Shown: positions 20,094 to 30,823 of the stretch, piece after piece | How positions within the stretch are numbered: position 1 is the stretch's first letter | How the letters are laid out: the number at the start of each line of letters is the position of its first letter | Origin: an uncultured Spirochaetota bacterium | GTDB lineage: Bacteria; Spirochaetota; Spirochaetia; SZUA-6; Fen-1364 | Reading direction: 5' to 3' | Assembly (NCBI GenBank): GCA_963745235.1 | Contig: CAVUXE010000003.1 | Span: forward strand, 1 to 64,000 | Length of the DNA: 64,000 bases | Program-made: the position numbers and the translations under genes | Notes under the pieces: model-generated | What the model was told of the DNA's origin: nothing | Seen by the model: the letters and a program-made list of their open reading frames with translations, nothing else | Database searches by the model: none

Positions 20094-22195
20094 ATGCGCC
20101 TGAGGACAAAGCTCCTTGCCGGCATACTCGTCACGCTCCTGCTCCAGATTGCCGTCACGGGGACTTTCACCCTCAGGTCTTTCCTCCACACCACCCGCAG
20201 CTCCATGGACACGGATCTGCGCCGGGACTGGGACCGCGCCCGCGCGTACTTCGAGAACCTGAAGCACAGGCTCTACACGGACATTTTCCAGCTGTGCTTC
20301 CTCCTGGAGGAAGGGCAGACCGCGAACGCCTCGGAAGAATACCTGCGAAGCATGATGCGCCACTTCATCAGCCTTACGACCGTGGATCGAATTGTGCTGG
20401 TGGACGACCGGGGCGGCGTGATTGCTGATGAGCGCTCGGGCTTTGTCCAGGGAGACGTTCTCCCCGCGGCCATGCTGAACCCGAGGGACTTCCGGTTCCC
20501 CCGCAACCAGTTCGTGACTGCAACGGACGCCGGGGCGCAATGCGGCTCTTCCTGGTGACCGGAACGACCATTTCCCGTCCCGGTTTCCCGCCATGGCACC
20601 TGTACCTCGTGACGAACGTTGACAAGAGTGTCGTGGAGGAAATCCTGGAAAAGACGGGGACCAATGTCGCCCTGTACGCGGGCGACGTTCCGGTGGTTTT
20701 CACCGACGAGTTTCAGCCCTTCAAGACACTCGGACAGCTTCGCGTCGGCACCGTGCGCTTCGGCAACCATCCCTACAGCGTCTACTCCCGGCCGCTGTCC
20801 GCGGACCTGCGGGACAAGCTGTACCTCGTGTCCCTTCGATCCACCCTGGAGGAGCAGCTGTACATTAGCTCGGTCCTCATCTCGTACCTCACTGCTTTCC
20901 TGATAACGCTGGCGGCGTCCCTGTTCCTGGCGGCGGGGATCACAAGCCTCGCCATTTCCCCCTTTACCCGCCTGTCGCAGTGGCTGCACCGCTACATGGA
21001 CACGGGTGAGGTCGGAAACATCGACATCCGCTCCCGGGATGAGACGGGGTTCCTTGCCGGGGCCTTTCATGCCATGGTGAGCACCCTCATCGCGGAGAAG
21101 CACACGGTGAGCGATCAGCTGGACCAGATACGGCAGCTCGCCTCGTACAACGAGCGCATCATGAACGGGATCCGGGCGGCAATCGTGGTTGCGGATGCCG
21201 AGGGCGCCATCGAGTTCTGCAACAGCTACTTTGCCCAGGTGGCCGGCGAGGAGCGGGAGGCCCTTCGCGGCCAGAGCTTTCGGGGCAAGGTGTCCTCCCT
21301 GTTCACCCTTCGAAACGGCGCCGCGGCGGCAGATGCTTTCCCGCTGGACAGGGAAGCCGTGGTTGAGGGGCTTTCCCTTCCGCGTCCGGGGGAAAGCCCG
21401 CTTCACTTCACGGCAAAGCTCTCCCCCATAGGACTTTCTGGAAACAGGAGGGGCTCCCTCATCGTGCTGGAGGATGTCACGGACTCGGAGCGGTTCTGGG
21501 CCGGAGCCACCATCGCGGACAAGGTCACGTCCCTGGGAATCCTTTCCGCGGGCATGGCGCACGAGATCAACAACCCCCTGGGGTCCATTCTTTCCCACGT
21601 CAACTACCTGAAGGCGGTGGAGAAAGGCCGTGAAAAGCTCGACTCCCTGTTCTGGATCGAAAGCGAGACGAACCGGATCGCGGCCATCATCAAGCGCATC
21701 CGCGCCTACACGGCGCCGGCCGCGGGAGGTGAGCTCACGGCGGACCTGAACCTCCTGGCTGGCCAGACCCTGGAGCTCCTGCGCTTCACGCTGGAGAAGC
21801 GGCGCCTGAACGTCTCCCTGGATCTCGCGGAGGACCTGGGCGTCGTGGTCTGTCCGCCCGACGAGCTGAAGCAGGTGGTCCTCAACATCCTCCTGAACGC
21901 GTGCGAGGCCTGCACGGACGGGGGAGCAATCCGGATCCATACGCGCCATGACTGTGACGGGAAAGCCCTCCTGATGGTCGCGGACAATGGGCTGGGAATC
22001 GACCCTGCCAACATGAAGAACATCTTCGACCCCTTCTTCACGACGAAGAACATGAGCCAGGGAAACGGGCTCGGTCTCTCGATCTGCTACGCCATCGTCA
22101 AACGAGCGGGCGGGGACATCCGCGTCTCCAGCGCCCCGGGTGCGGGGACGGAGGTGGAGGTGGTTCTCAATGTACATGAACATCCTCATCGTTGA
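20094..22195 (+). CDS. Membrane sensor histidine kinase with HAMP and PAS (frameshift near 20540)
   Basis: Two TM segments, HAMP (RSRDETGFLA), AGMAHEINNPL, FDPFFTTK, GNGLGL. Confidence 0.85.
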
Positions 22196-23522
22196 TGATG
22201 AGCCGGGGCTGCGCAACGGCCTCTCGAAAGTGCTTGCCCTTCAAGGCTACCGTGCGCTGGAGGCTTCCACGGCGGCGGAAGCGAGGAAGGTCATGGCGAG
22301 CGCGGAGGTGCACCTGGTGCTCCTGGACCTGAAGCTGGGGGGGGAAGACGGGCTTGCGCTTCTGAAGAGCCTGAAGGCCGAAGAGCCGGCAGTTCCGATC
22401 ATCATCATCACCGGCCACGGAGACGTCACGCGCGCCGTGGAGTGCATGCAGGCGGGCGCCACGAATTACATTCCCAAGCCCATTGACAATGACCTCCTCT
22501 TTTCGGTCCTGGACAAGGAGCGCTCCGCCCTGAATGACAGGCAGAGCACGCTTGCCTTCCGCGAATCCCTGCGAACCAGCACCCGGACCCAGCTTGCCCC
22601 CAGCTCCTCCCCGCAGATGAAGGAAATCGAGAAAGTGATCCTGAAGATCAGGGATTCCGACGTGCCCCTGCTCCTGCTGGGAGAGACGGGCACGGGCAAG
22701 GAGGTGGTGGCAAAAAGCATCCACTATTCCGGCGCATACCGCGACAGGCCTTTCGTCGGTCTGAACTGCGCCTCCCTGAACGAAAACCTGCTGGAGAGCG
22801 AGATGTTCGGACACGAAAAGGGCGCTTTCTCCGGAGCGGTGGCCCGCAAGATCGGCAGGTTCGAGCTGGCGGGGAGCGGGACCCTTTTCCTGGACGAGAT
22901 TGGCGATATGAGCCTCGCAATGCAGGCAAAGCTCCTGCGCGTCCTCCAGGAACGGACGCTGGAGCGCGTCGGGGGGACAAAGCCGGTCTCCGTGTATTGC
23001 AGGCTCATCGCGGCAACCAACAAGGATCTTGCGGCCCTGCGGTCCGACGGCGCCTTTCGCGAAGACCTCTATTACAGGCTGAGCACAGTCACGTTAAAGC
23101 TCCCGCCTTTGCGAGAGCGCGCGCGTGACATCCCTTCGCTGGTCACGCTGTTCGTCGAGGAAGCCAACGCAACGTATGGCCGCTCAGTGCGGACCATCCC
23201 GGACCCGGTCATGCGCCGTCTCACGTCGAGTCCCTGGCCGGGAAACATCCGTCAACTCCGCAACGTGATAACAAACGCCGTGATCCTGAGCGACAGAGAA
23301 GAAATTGCGGACATTGACCTCGGAGACGGAGTCTCCGAGCTGGGGGAGATCGCATTGGAGGGGGATCTGCATACCACGATAGAGCGCCATTGCGCGGACC
23401 TGGAAAAAAAGATCATACGATCCGAGCTGGAGAAGAGCGGAAGGAACATCACGAGGACCGCGTCCCGGCTGGGCATAAGCAGGAAGACTCTCTATGAAAA
23501 GATGCGTCGCTATGGGTTCTAA
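22170..23522 (+). CDS. Sigma54-dependent response regulator (NtrC/AtoC family)
   Basis: REC domain, GETGTGKE, ESEMFGHEKGAFSGA, FLDEIG, WPGNIRQL, Fis-type HTH. Confidence 0.93.
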   Translation: MYMNILIVDDEPGLRNGLSKVLALQGYRALEASTAAEARKVMASAEVHLVLLDLKLGGEDGLALLKSLKAEEPAVPIIIITGHGDVTRAVECMQAGATNYIPKPIDNDLLFSVLDKERSALNDRQSTLAFRESLRTSTRTQLAPSSSPQMKEIEKVILKIRDSDVPLLLLGETGTGKEVVAKSIHYSGAYRDRPFVGLNCASLNENLLESEMFGHEKGAFSGAVARKIGRFELAGSGTLFLDEIGDMSLAMQAKLLRVLQERTLERVGGTKPVSVYCRLIAATNKDLAALRSDGAFREDLYYRLSTVTLKLPPLRERARDIPSLVTLFVEEANATYGRSVRTIPDPVMRRLTSSPWPGNIRQLRNVITNAVILSDREEIADIDLGDGVSELGEIALEGDLHTTIERHCADLEKKIIRSELEKSGRNITRTASRLGISRKTLYEKMRRYGF

Positions 23523-24798
23523 GCGCCTGCTGTCCGCCGGGAGGCTGGCCTGCCTCACGGCCCTCCTCCTGTCATGCGCCGCCCCCGTCGTGCTGTCCGC
23601 AGGGGGCAGGCCCGAACCCCGGGACCCGCGGCTGGAGATCTTCAGCTGGTGGACTGCGGGGGGCGAGGCAGAGGGGCTTGCGGCGATGTTCCAGCTATAC
23701 AACGCGAAGTTTCCCACGGTGCAGATCATCAACGCAACCGTGGCCGGGGGAGCGGGCTCCAACGCCAAGGCCGTGCTGGATACGCGCATGCGCGGGGGAA
23801 ACCCGCCCGACTCTTTCCAGGTGCACGCCGGCCACGAGCTGATCGACTCCTGGGTCCGTGCGGGAAAGATGGAGCCCATCACGTTTGTCTTCAGGGACAA
23901 CGGGTGGCTCACGGCCTTCCCCAAGGACCTCATAGAGATCATCTCGTACCAGGGAGAGATCTACAGCGTTCCCGTGAACATCCATCGTTCCAACGTCCTC
24001 TGGTACAACAAGAAGATCTTCGCCGACGCGGGGATTCTCCCGCCGAAGAGCTTCGACCAGCTGGTCCGGGACTGCGAGGCGCTGGCCAACAAAGGCACCA
24101 CACCGCTGGCCCTGGGGGACAACGGGATATGGGCCTCCCTGCACCTCATGGAAAACGTGCTCCTCGCCACCATGGGACCTGCGCGATACAAGGGCCTGTG
24201 GACGGGGGCCACTCCCTGGAACGGGGGGGAGCTGCGCACGGCGCTTGCCCGGTTTGCCACGCTCCTGCGCTACGCCAATACGGACCATGCGACGCTGAGC
24301 TGGGATGCGGCTGCTCAATACGTCATTGACGGGAAAGCCGCCATGACGGTGATGGGTGACTGGGCGGAGGGTTACTTCAAGGCCAGGGGACTTACGCCGA
24401 ACAAGGAGTTCGGCTGGGTCCCCTTTCCCGGCACCGGCGGCTCCTTCATGATGCTCTCGGATTCCTTCGGCCTGCCTCGGGGCGCCCCGGACAGGGACGC
24501 CGCGGTCAAGTGGCTCACCATGGCCGCCTCACGGGAAGGCCAGGATGCCTTCAACCCGAAGAAGGGCTCCATCCCCTCGCGTATAGACGGGGATCGCTCC
24601 CTGTACGACGTCTATCTCCAGTCCGCAATGGACTCCTTCAGGACCGACACGATTGTCCCGAGCGTGACTCACGGCGCGGCGGCCGCGGAGGGGTGGGTCA
24701 ACGAGATCCAGGACGTGATTGCCACCTTTGTTTGTGACCAGGACGTGGAAAAAGCAGCCGCGGCCCTGATCGAGGCTGCGAAGAAATACGTGAGGTGA
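23512..24798 (+). CDS. Carbohydrate ABC substrate-binding protein (glucose-binding type)
   Basis: IFSWWTAGGEAEGL, NPPDSFQVHAG, VPVNIHRSN, VMGDWA, FNPKKGSIP. Confidence 0.9.
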   Translation: MGSKRLLSAGRLACLTALLLSCAAPVVLSAGGRPEPRDPRLEIFSWWTAGGEAEGLAAMFQLYNAKFPTVQIINATVAGGAGSNAKAVLDTRMRGGNPPDSFQVHAGHELIDSWVRAGKMEPITFVFRDNGWLTAFPKDLIEIISYQGEIYSVPVNIHRSNVLWYNKKIFADAGILPPKSFDQLVRDCEALANKGTTPLALGDNGIWASLHLMENVLLATMGPARYKGLWTGATPWNGGELRTALARFATLLRYANTDHATLSWDAAAQYVIDGKAAMTVMGDWAEGYFKARGLTPNKEFGWVPFPGTGGSFMMLSDSFGLPRGAPDRDAAVKWLTMAASREGQDAFNPKKGSIPSRIDGDRSLYDVYLQSAMDSFRTDTIVPSVTHGAAAAEGWVNEIQDVIATFVCDQDVEKAAAALIEAAKKYVR

Positions 24799-24860
24799 CG
24801 GCGCGCCCTCGTGATGCGGCGCGCCCCCGTGATGCGGCGCCACTCTGATGCGGCGCCCCT
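24795..24860 (+). repeat. Four imperfect 16-18 bp tandem repeats (GTGATGCGGCGC core)
   Basis: gtgacggcgcgccctc / gtgatgcggcgcgccccc / gtgatgcggcgccactc / tgatgcggcgcccct. Confidence 0.75.
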
Positions 24861-24914
24861 TTCTCCCCTGCCGGCCTCGTTTGTTAATACCTGACAAAAT
24901 CAGTAACCTAGACC

Positions 24915-25700
24915 GTGAACTTCAGGGACGCGTCTTACATCATTGAGCTTCTGACGCCGAAGCAAAACGACGAGAACTTCGAGGCGAAGCTGGATGAGTT
25001 TGCCCTGCGATACCGCAAGATCCTGGACCACGGCGCGGTGGTCTCGATCTGCGACAACCCCCTGGGCAACCTTCATTTCACTGCAATGGAAGTGGTGGGG
25101 TTCCTGGGTCTTCCCTTCGATCCGGATCGGACGCTGCTTCACCTCAACTCTTTTCACCGCAAGGAAGATTTCGACGCCTTCCTCCGCGATGCGCGGGAGA
25201 GAGGGATCAGGCACGTCCTTGCGGTGAGCGGAGACGGCGGGCCGCGCCTCCCGAGGCTGGAGCCGTCCGAGCTCGGCCTGACGGGCAGGACGGTGACCTC
25301 CGTGGAGATTCTGAAGTACGTCGAAAGAGAGCACGCGGGCTGGTTCAGCTGCGGAGTCGCCTTCAATCAATACGAGCCGGAAGACAGCGAGCTGGAAAAG
25401 CTGCGGCGCAAGCTGGATGCCGGCGCGAAGTTCGTGATCACACAGCCGGTGATCGCCAGGGAGGCGGCCGTGGATGTTCTTCGAAGCACCGGGGTGCCGC
25501 TGTTCATCGGCGCCTGGATGTCGAAGCGGATCGACCCTCTCTGCGAGTGCGTCGGAGTGAAAAAACCGAACGGCGCACAGTACGATCCTGCCGCAAACCT
25601 CGCCCGCATCCACGAGGGATATCCCGGCGATGGGATCTACCTTGCGCAGCTTGGATTCAAGCAAAGCTGGGCGCAGCTTCTCACGCGTTCACTGGCATAG
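24915..25700 (+). CDS. metF: Methylenetetrahydrofolate reductase (MetF)-like flavoprotein
   Basis: IELLTPK, SICDNPLG, VLAVSGD, LRRKLDAGAKFVITQP. Confidence 0.78.
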   Translation: MNFRDASYIIELLTPKQNDENFEAKLDEFALRYRKILDHGAVVSICDNPLGNLHFTAMEVVGFLGLPFDPDRTLLHLNSFHRKEDFDAFLRDARERGIRHVLAVSGDGGPRLPRLEPSELGLTGRTVTSVEILKYVEREHAGWFSCGVAFNQYEPEDSELEKLRRKLDAGAKFVITQPVIAREAAVDVLRSTGVPLFIGAWMSKRIDPLCECVGVKKPNGAQYDPAANLARIHEGYPGDGIYLAQLGFKQSWAQLLTRSLA

Positions 25701-25751
25701 GAGCCTGCGGGAGGCGGCGGGGCCCGGCCGAGGGGGCGCCGCAGATCACCG

Positions 25752-25928
25752 TCACAGCAAATCGTCCAGAAGAGCGGCCATCTCCGCGTTCCCCCCGGCG
25801 GGGGGTGACCAGTCCACGTGCACGACCTCGTAGCCCGCCGCGTGCAGAGTATCCCCGAACTCCCGGACTCCCACGTTCACGAACACGGGCTTTCCGCGCA
25901 GCAGGTCCTTCAACGGTTCGGCCATCAT
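25752..25928 (-). CDS. Small FdrA/YlbE-associated protein
   Basis: VNVGVREFGDTL...VVHVDWSPPAGGN; ATGA overlap with fdrA. Confidence 0.75.
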   Translation of the reverse strand: MMAEPLKDLLRGKPVFVNVGVREFGDTLHAAGYEVVHVDWSPPAGGNAEMAALLDDLL

Positions 25929-27508
25929 CGCACCTCTTTCCGTGCCGCAAGCAGCAGTGCTGCCTCTCGGCAGAACGCCGCGGCCTGCGCGTTGCTGGGG
26001 AACACAAGGACGCCGGCATCCGCCAGGGCACCCATCTGCGCTTCCAGTCCCTGCGCATCCGCGTCTGTCCCGCACACCGAGCCGACCACCGTGACATGGT
26101 CTCCCCGACGGCGCGCGGATTCCCGCACGGCATGGATGGCTGGCACAAGGTCTCCCACGGGGTCGCGGGATGAGATGGCGCCAAGGATGAAATCCAGAAG
26201 GACAAGCGCAACGCTGGGATCCTGCCCCTCCTCGGCAAGCCTCTTCCGCCGCAGGGTTGCGTCGATCATCGGGTGGGGCCGTCCTTCCACGAAGATCTCC
26301 GCGCCCATGTCGACAAATGAGCTTTCGAGGCTCGCCCGGGAATCCGCAAGCTCCTTCATTCCGTGTATGGGAGAGTTGGAATACACGACCAGCCCGGCGC
26401 GTCGAAAGATGGCCTGGGACTGGTAGCAGAAGGTCCCACCAGCGAAAAGGCCGCGAACATGACGTTGCGCGGGCCGCATCCTGGCCACCTCCGCCGCGGC
26501 CTGCGCGCGGAGGGCTTCCCGGGACGGCCGCGGCATCACGGATCCGCCGAGCCCCGTCTTCTGAAGGGCCATCTCCACGGCATCGTCGATGACGGAGGCC
26601 GTGAGGAGGTTTCCCGTCTCGGCAGGCATGGCGGCGGCGCCGAAGAGGCAGAGAACCACTGGTTTGTCGCAGCGCGCCAGGCGCTGCATGAGCTTTCGTG
26701 TCGCGCTCTCCCCCGGCGGCTTGGACAGGATGGCTATGACACTGGTCCCCGGATCCGTTTCCAGAGCGTCGATTGCCGTCAGCGTCGATATGCCGCCTAT
26801 GGCATCTGAAAGGTCGCGGCTGCCGGTCCCGATTGCGTGCGATATCCCCGAGCCGGCCGCATGGACCAGGCAGGAAAACTCCTGCATCCCGGTGCCCGAA
26901 GAGCCCACGATCCCGATGGGCCCGCGCCGCACGGCGTTCGCAAAGCCGATGCCGGCGCCGCAGAGAAACGCGGTGCCGCAGTCTGGTCCCATGACCACCA
27001 ACCCCCGGTCCCGCGCCGCTCTCTTGAGCGAAAGCTCGTCTTCCACGGAGACGTTGCTCGAAAAAAGGAAGACGTTCAGGCCCTGGTCCAGGGCCGCGCG
27101 CGCCTCCCGTGCAGCATATTCACCGGGAACGGAAATCACCGCCACGTTGGAATCCGGGCGCGCTTCCACGGCCTCCCGGATGGACCGCGGGTCCCGTGGT
27201 GCCTCCGTTGCGGCGGAGGCCGCCGTGGACCGTCGGAGCCAGGCTTCCGGATCCGCGGCCACGGTCCGTATCGCGGCCTCCTCTCCCTCCAGGGCAAGGA
27301 CAAGGTCGTTGGGACCCGCTGCCGCAAAGTCAGCGTCCTGTCCCCCCTGGCCATATCCGAGCTCTGTCAGGACTTTCTTGTTTGCGTCGGTTGCAAGGAG
27401 AGCCGAGGCGTCATTGACTCCCGGCTGTCCGGCGATCCGCCGCGCGACCTGCATGAGGAAAACGGAGTCGAAATAGCGATTCTTCCTGATGACGGTTATC
27501 CTGATCAT
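25925..27508 (-). CDS. fdrA: FdrA/YahF acyl-CoA synthetase-like protein
   Basis: YFDSVFLM, ISVPGEYAA, VMGPDCGT, AIGTGSRDLS, GLFAGGTFC, GRPHPMID. Confidence 0.9.
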   Translation of the reverse strand: MIRITVIRKNRYFDSVFLMQVARRIAGQPGVNDASALLATDANKKVLTELGYGQGGQDADFAAAGPNDLVLALEGEEAAIRTVAADPEAWLRRSTAASAATEAPRDPRSIREAVEARPDSNVAVISVPGEYAAREARAALDQGLNVFLFSSNVSVEDELSLKRAARDRGLVVMGPDCGTAFLCGAGIGFANAVRRGPIGIVGSSGTGMQEFSCLVHAAGSGISHAIGTGSRDLSDAIGGISTLTAIDALETDPGTSVIAILSKPPGESATRKLMQRLARCDKPVVLCLFGAAAMPAETGNLLTASVIDDAVEMALQKTGLGGSVMPRPSREALRAQAAAEVARMRPAQRHVRGLFAGGTFCYQSQAIFRRAGLVVYSNSPIHGMKELADSRASLESSFVDMGAEIFVEGRPHPMIDATLRRKRLAEEGQDPSVALVLLDFILGAISSRDPVGDLVPAIHAVRESARRRGDHVTVVGSVCGTDADAQGLEAQMGALADAGVLVFPSNAQAAAFCREAALLLAARKEVR

Positions 27509-27511
27509 CTC

Positions 27512-28756
27512 TCAACCCTTGTACTTCTCCGCGAAACGCTTCAGCGCTTTCGTGAAACATTCCATGGGCGGGCGCACGATGCCTCCGCCAATGATCCCGT
27601 GACCCGGCTCCTTGTGAGCGATTGCCGTGTCGATGACGGGGACCATCCCCGTCTGGACCACCTTCCGGATGTCGATGCCCACCGCGGTGCCCTCGAAGTC
27701 CAGCGCGGGCATCAGGTAGTCGGGGCTCCTGCCCACCGAGATTGCGCGCATGTCGCGGCTGTAAGCCAGGGCCTGCGCCGCGGAGCCGCCCGTGAAGCTC
27801 AGGATCCCCGGCGCCCCGCCGATCACGAAGCCGCCCCAGCCGACTGTCTCCGTGATGGCGGAGTCCCCCATGTCCAGCCCCGCGTCCTCTTCCTTCCAGC
27901 CCGGAAGGAGGAGCCCGTTGACGCGCGGCGCGGGCGCGGTAAACCATTCCCCATCCAGGCCGCTCACCTGGACCCCGAACTCCGTGCCGTTGCGCGCCAT
28001 GGCGGTCACCACGCTGCTGGCCTCTACTGCCCGCGCGGGATCCACGCACGCCTTTGCGGCAGCCATCGAGATCCCGAGGAAGAGGAAGGGATGGTTGCCC
28101 GTGTAGTACAGCGTGGAAACGACCTGTTCCTTCGGGAGCCCCAGCTCCACGAGAACAGGCGCCACCGCGTTGGAAAAGATGCTCGAGGACGCTACCACCC
28201 TGTTGTGCATCTCATCACCCATGAGGAGCGCGCGGGCCACCATCTGCTTGATCGGCACACCCCCCATCTTGCGCACCGCCGCCCTCAGGGCCGGGCCCCA
28301 GACGTCCCGCCACGTGCCAAGGGCAGCCAGCGCATCCCGGGAGTAGTCCCCGAACTGCTGGAAGCTCTCCACCTGGCGGCAGTATGCCCGGTTGCCGAAG
28401 GCCTTGTTCTCCACGACCCATACCCACATGTTGCTGGTGATGGTGCCGGCCATTGGACCGACAGCGGAGTGATGGTGGTTGGGCTCGAACGCGATTTCCC
28501 CGGCCGCAATCATTCCCTCAGCTTCCTTGGGGTCCTTTGCCCAGCCCTCGAAAAGGCACATGCCGATGGCGGCGCCTCGCTGCGCGCCGCACATGTGGGC
28601 CCAGTCCACCGGAGGGCCGGAATGCAGCATCAGCCGATCCCGCATTCCGGGGATGACTTCGGCGGCCGGCGCCACGTCCACGAGCACGGGGTCGGCCGCC
28701 GTGATGCGGCGAAGCGTCTCCGCGTTGGCCGCTTCTATTTTTTCCTTCAGTGTCAT
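27512..28756 (-). CDS. ylbE: DUF1116 / YlbE-YahG family protein
   Basis: LHSGPP, AVGPMAG, MGDEMHNR, MARNGTEFG, DMGDSAITET, IAHKEPG. Confidence 0.88.
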   Translation of the reverse strand: MTLKEKIEAANAETLRRITAADPVLVDVAPAAEVIPGMRDRLMLHSGPPVDWAHMCGAQRGAAIGMCLFEGWAKDPKEAEGMIAAGEIAFEPNHHHSAVGPMAGTITSNMWVWVVENKAFGNRAYCRQVESFQQFGDYSRDALAALGTWRDVWGPALRAAVRKMGGVPIKQMVARALLMGDEMHNRVVASSSIFSNAVAPVLVELGLPKEQVVSTLYYTGNHPFLFLGISMAAAKACVDPARAVEASSVVTAMARNGTEFGVQVSGLDGEWFTAPAPRVNGLLLPGWKEEDAGLDMGDSAITETVGWGGFVIGGAPGILSFTGGSAAQALAYSRDMRAISVGRSPDYLMPALDFEGTAVGIDIRKVVQTGMVPVIDTAIAHKEPGHGIIGGGIVRPPMECFTKALKRFAEKYKG

Positions 28757-28759
28757 GGG

Positions 28760-29842
28760 CTACTGGACCTTCCCGACCACCCCTTCGACGTACCACTTGA
28801 AGTTGCCCATCTTGTCGCCGCCCCAGCTTTCCCCTGCCGGGATCTGGACCACCCCGGTATTGTCGACGATGGGACCGGTGAACGGGTTGAAGCCCTTGGC
28901 GATCTTGTCAGCGGATGCGGTCACGAGCTTTCGCACCTCCGCCGGTACCGCGGCGCCGAACGGGGCAATCGTGACCATTCCCTCACCGAGGCCGAGGTGG
29001 GTGGAGGAGGCCTTGAAGGTGCCTGCCATGACGCTCTTTGCCACTTCCGTGAAGTAGGGAGCCCACGTGAAGCCCAGGCCGGTGATCCATCCCCGGGGAG
29101 CGAGGGCGCGCGCCTCGATGGACTGGAAGCCAATGGACATCGCGCCGCGGGACTCCGCGGTCTGGATGACGGTGGCCGGAGAGTCGACGTGCATTGCAAG
29201 GACATCGCAGCCCTGGTCCAGGAGCGCATTGGCCGCGGCGGCTTCCTTCGCCTTGTCCGACCATCCGCCCGTTACCACGACGGTGGTCTGCGCATCAGGG
29301 TTGACCGAGCGCGCGCCCAGCTCGAAGGCGTTCACGTTTCCGACTGCGAATCCAATTGGCACGCCGATCACGAACCCCAGCTTGTTGGTCTTCGTCATCT
29401 TCCCTGCCGCCACGCCCATGGGGTACCAGGCAGCCTGGGTGTTCCCGAAGTAGTTGCCGAAGTTGGCGGACATCATCCAGCCGCCGGCATGCTCGAAGTA
29501 CACGTCGGGGTGCCGCTTTGCCACGTTGAAGGCCGGCTCCTGGTGGCCGAAGCTGGTGGGGAAGATGAGCCTGGCGCCCTGCTGGATCATGTTCTCCATG
29601 ACGCGCTCAGCCTCCGCGCTCTCGGGTACGTTCTCAGCCTCCAGGAGCTTGACTCCGGGAAGGTTCCTGGCCACGGTGGTCAGCGCGTCATGGAAGGAAC
29701 GGTTGTAGCCGTAGTCGTTGACGCTGCCGACGTAGATGGCGCCAATGATCAGCTTCGGAGTATCCGCGGCAACAGAAGGTGCCACGGCCAGGCAAAGCGC
29801 CAGGGCCACCAGGATGCTCACAAATCCGAGTCTTTTGCTCAT
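28760..29842 (-). CDS. BMP-family (purine/nucleoside) ABC substrate-binding protein
   Basis: IYVGSVNDYGYN, ENVPE, NAFELGARSVNP, W-D-AKE, HVDSP. Confidence 0.9.
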   Translation of the reverse strand: MSKRLGFVSILVALALCLAVAPSVAADTPKLIIGAIYVGSVNDYGYNRSFHDALTTVARNLPGVKLLEAENVPESAEAERVMENMIQQGARLIFPTSFGHQEPAFNVAKRHPDVYFEHAGGWMMSANFGNYFGNTQAAWYPMGVAAGKMTKTNKLGFVIGVPIGFAVGNVNAFELGARSVNPDAQTTVVVTGGWSDKAKEAAAANALLDQGCDVLAMHVDSPATVIQTAESRGAMSIGFQSIEARALAPRGWITGLGFTWAPYFTEVAKSVMAGTFKASSTHLGLGEGMVTIAPFGAAVPAEVRKLVTASADKIAKGFNPFTGPIVDNTGVVQIPAGESWGGDKMGNFKWYVEGVVGKVQ

Positions 29843-29901
29843 GTGATCACCTCTCGAAAAATATGCAGGCATGGCAACGCCACGCGGAGCACGGGACGCA
29901 T

Positions 29902-30823
29902 TCAATCAGAGCCATAGAAAGTCCGCCCCAGGGCGGCGGGGGCCGCGAGTCTCCGGGCCCCTCCCCAGGCCAGGAGGACGAGCAGTGTCAGCACATACGG
30001 AATCATATCGAGGAGAAAGGGTGACACGTCCGCCCCCCTGGCCTGCAGCTGCAGCTGGAGGGCTTCGGCCCCGCCGAAGACGAGGGCACCCACGACTGCG
30101 CGCAGGGGATGCCACTTCGAGAATATGACCAGGGCGATGGCGATGAAGCCGCGGCCGGCCGTCATGCCTTCCGCCCACGTCAGGGTCAGGGAGAGTGACA
30201 GGTGCGCGCCGGCCAGACCGCCCAGCACTCCCCCGGCGAAAAGTCCCTGGAACCGCAGCGCGGAAGGGTTACGGCCCGCCGCGAAGGCCGCTGCCGGACT
30301 CTCCCCGACCGCCCGCAGGCCCAGACCCCAGCGCGTCTTGAACAGGGCCCACCACACCAGGAAAGCCACCGGGCAGGGCGAGCCAGATGAGGATGTCGTA
30401 ATTGAAAAGAGTCGTGGACCTCACCCATGGCAGCCCGGCCAGGAAGGAGGGCCTCCATTTCGGCAGGCCCGTAATGACCGCGCCGACGAACGGGCCCCCG
30501 ACGAGGGCGCTCACCCCGATGCCGAAGAACATCATGGCCAGTCCGCTGGCCAGCTGGTTGGCGCGTCGCGACACGACGAGCCACCCGAAGAGGAGGTTGG
30601 CCAGCCCACCGGCCAGAGCGGCCGCGACCACCCCCAGGTAGGCGCTCCTGGTGGAGGCCGCGATGGCGAAACCCACCGAAGCGCCGATCAGGAGAATGCC
30701 CTCGAGCCCGAGGTTCACGATGCCGCTGCGCTCCACGATCGTCTCGCCCAGGGTTGCATACAGGAGAGAGGCGCCGGAGAGGATTGCTCCCGCGAGGACC
30801 CCGAGGACAAGCGGCGTGCTCAT
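29902..30823 (-). CDS. Nucleoside-type ABC permease (frameshift near 30370)
   Basis: LGETIVERSGIVNLGLEG, GLRAVGESP, AGRGFIAIALV, MIPYVLT. Confidence 0.83.

Noticed and set aside
24795-24860. Possible CRISPR mini-array
   Set aside because: Units are 16-18 bp, adjacent with no unique spacers, and no cas genes are present.
26837-29917. 1026-aa plus-strand ORF and similar long ORFs (57546..60506, 20273..22216)
   Set aside because: Antisense shadows of well-supported genes in GC-rich DNA, with no recognisable motifs.
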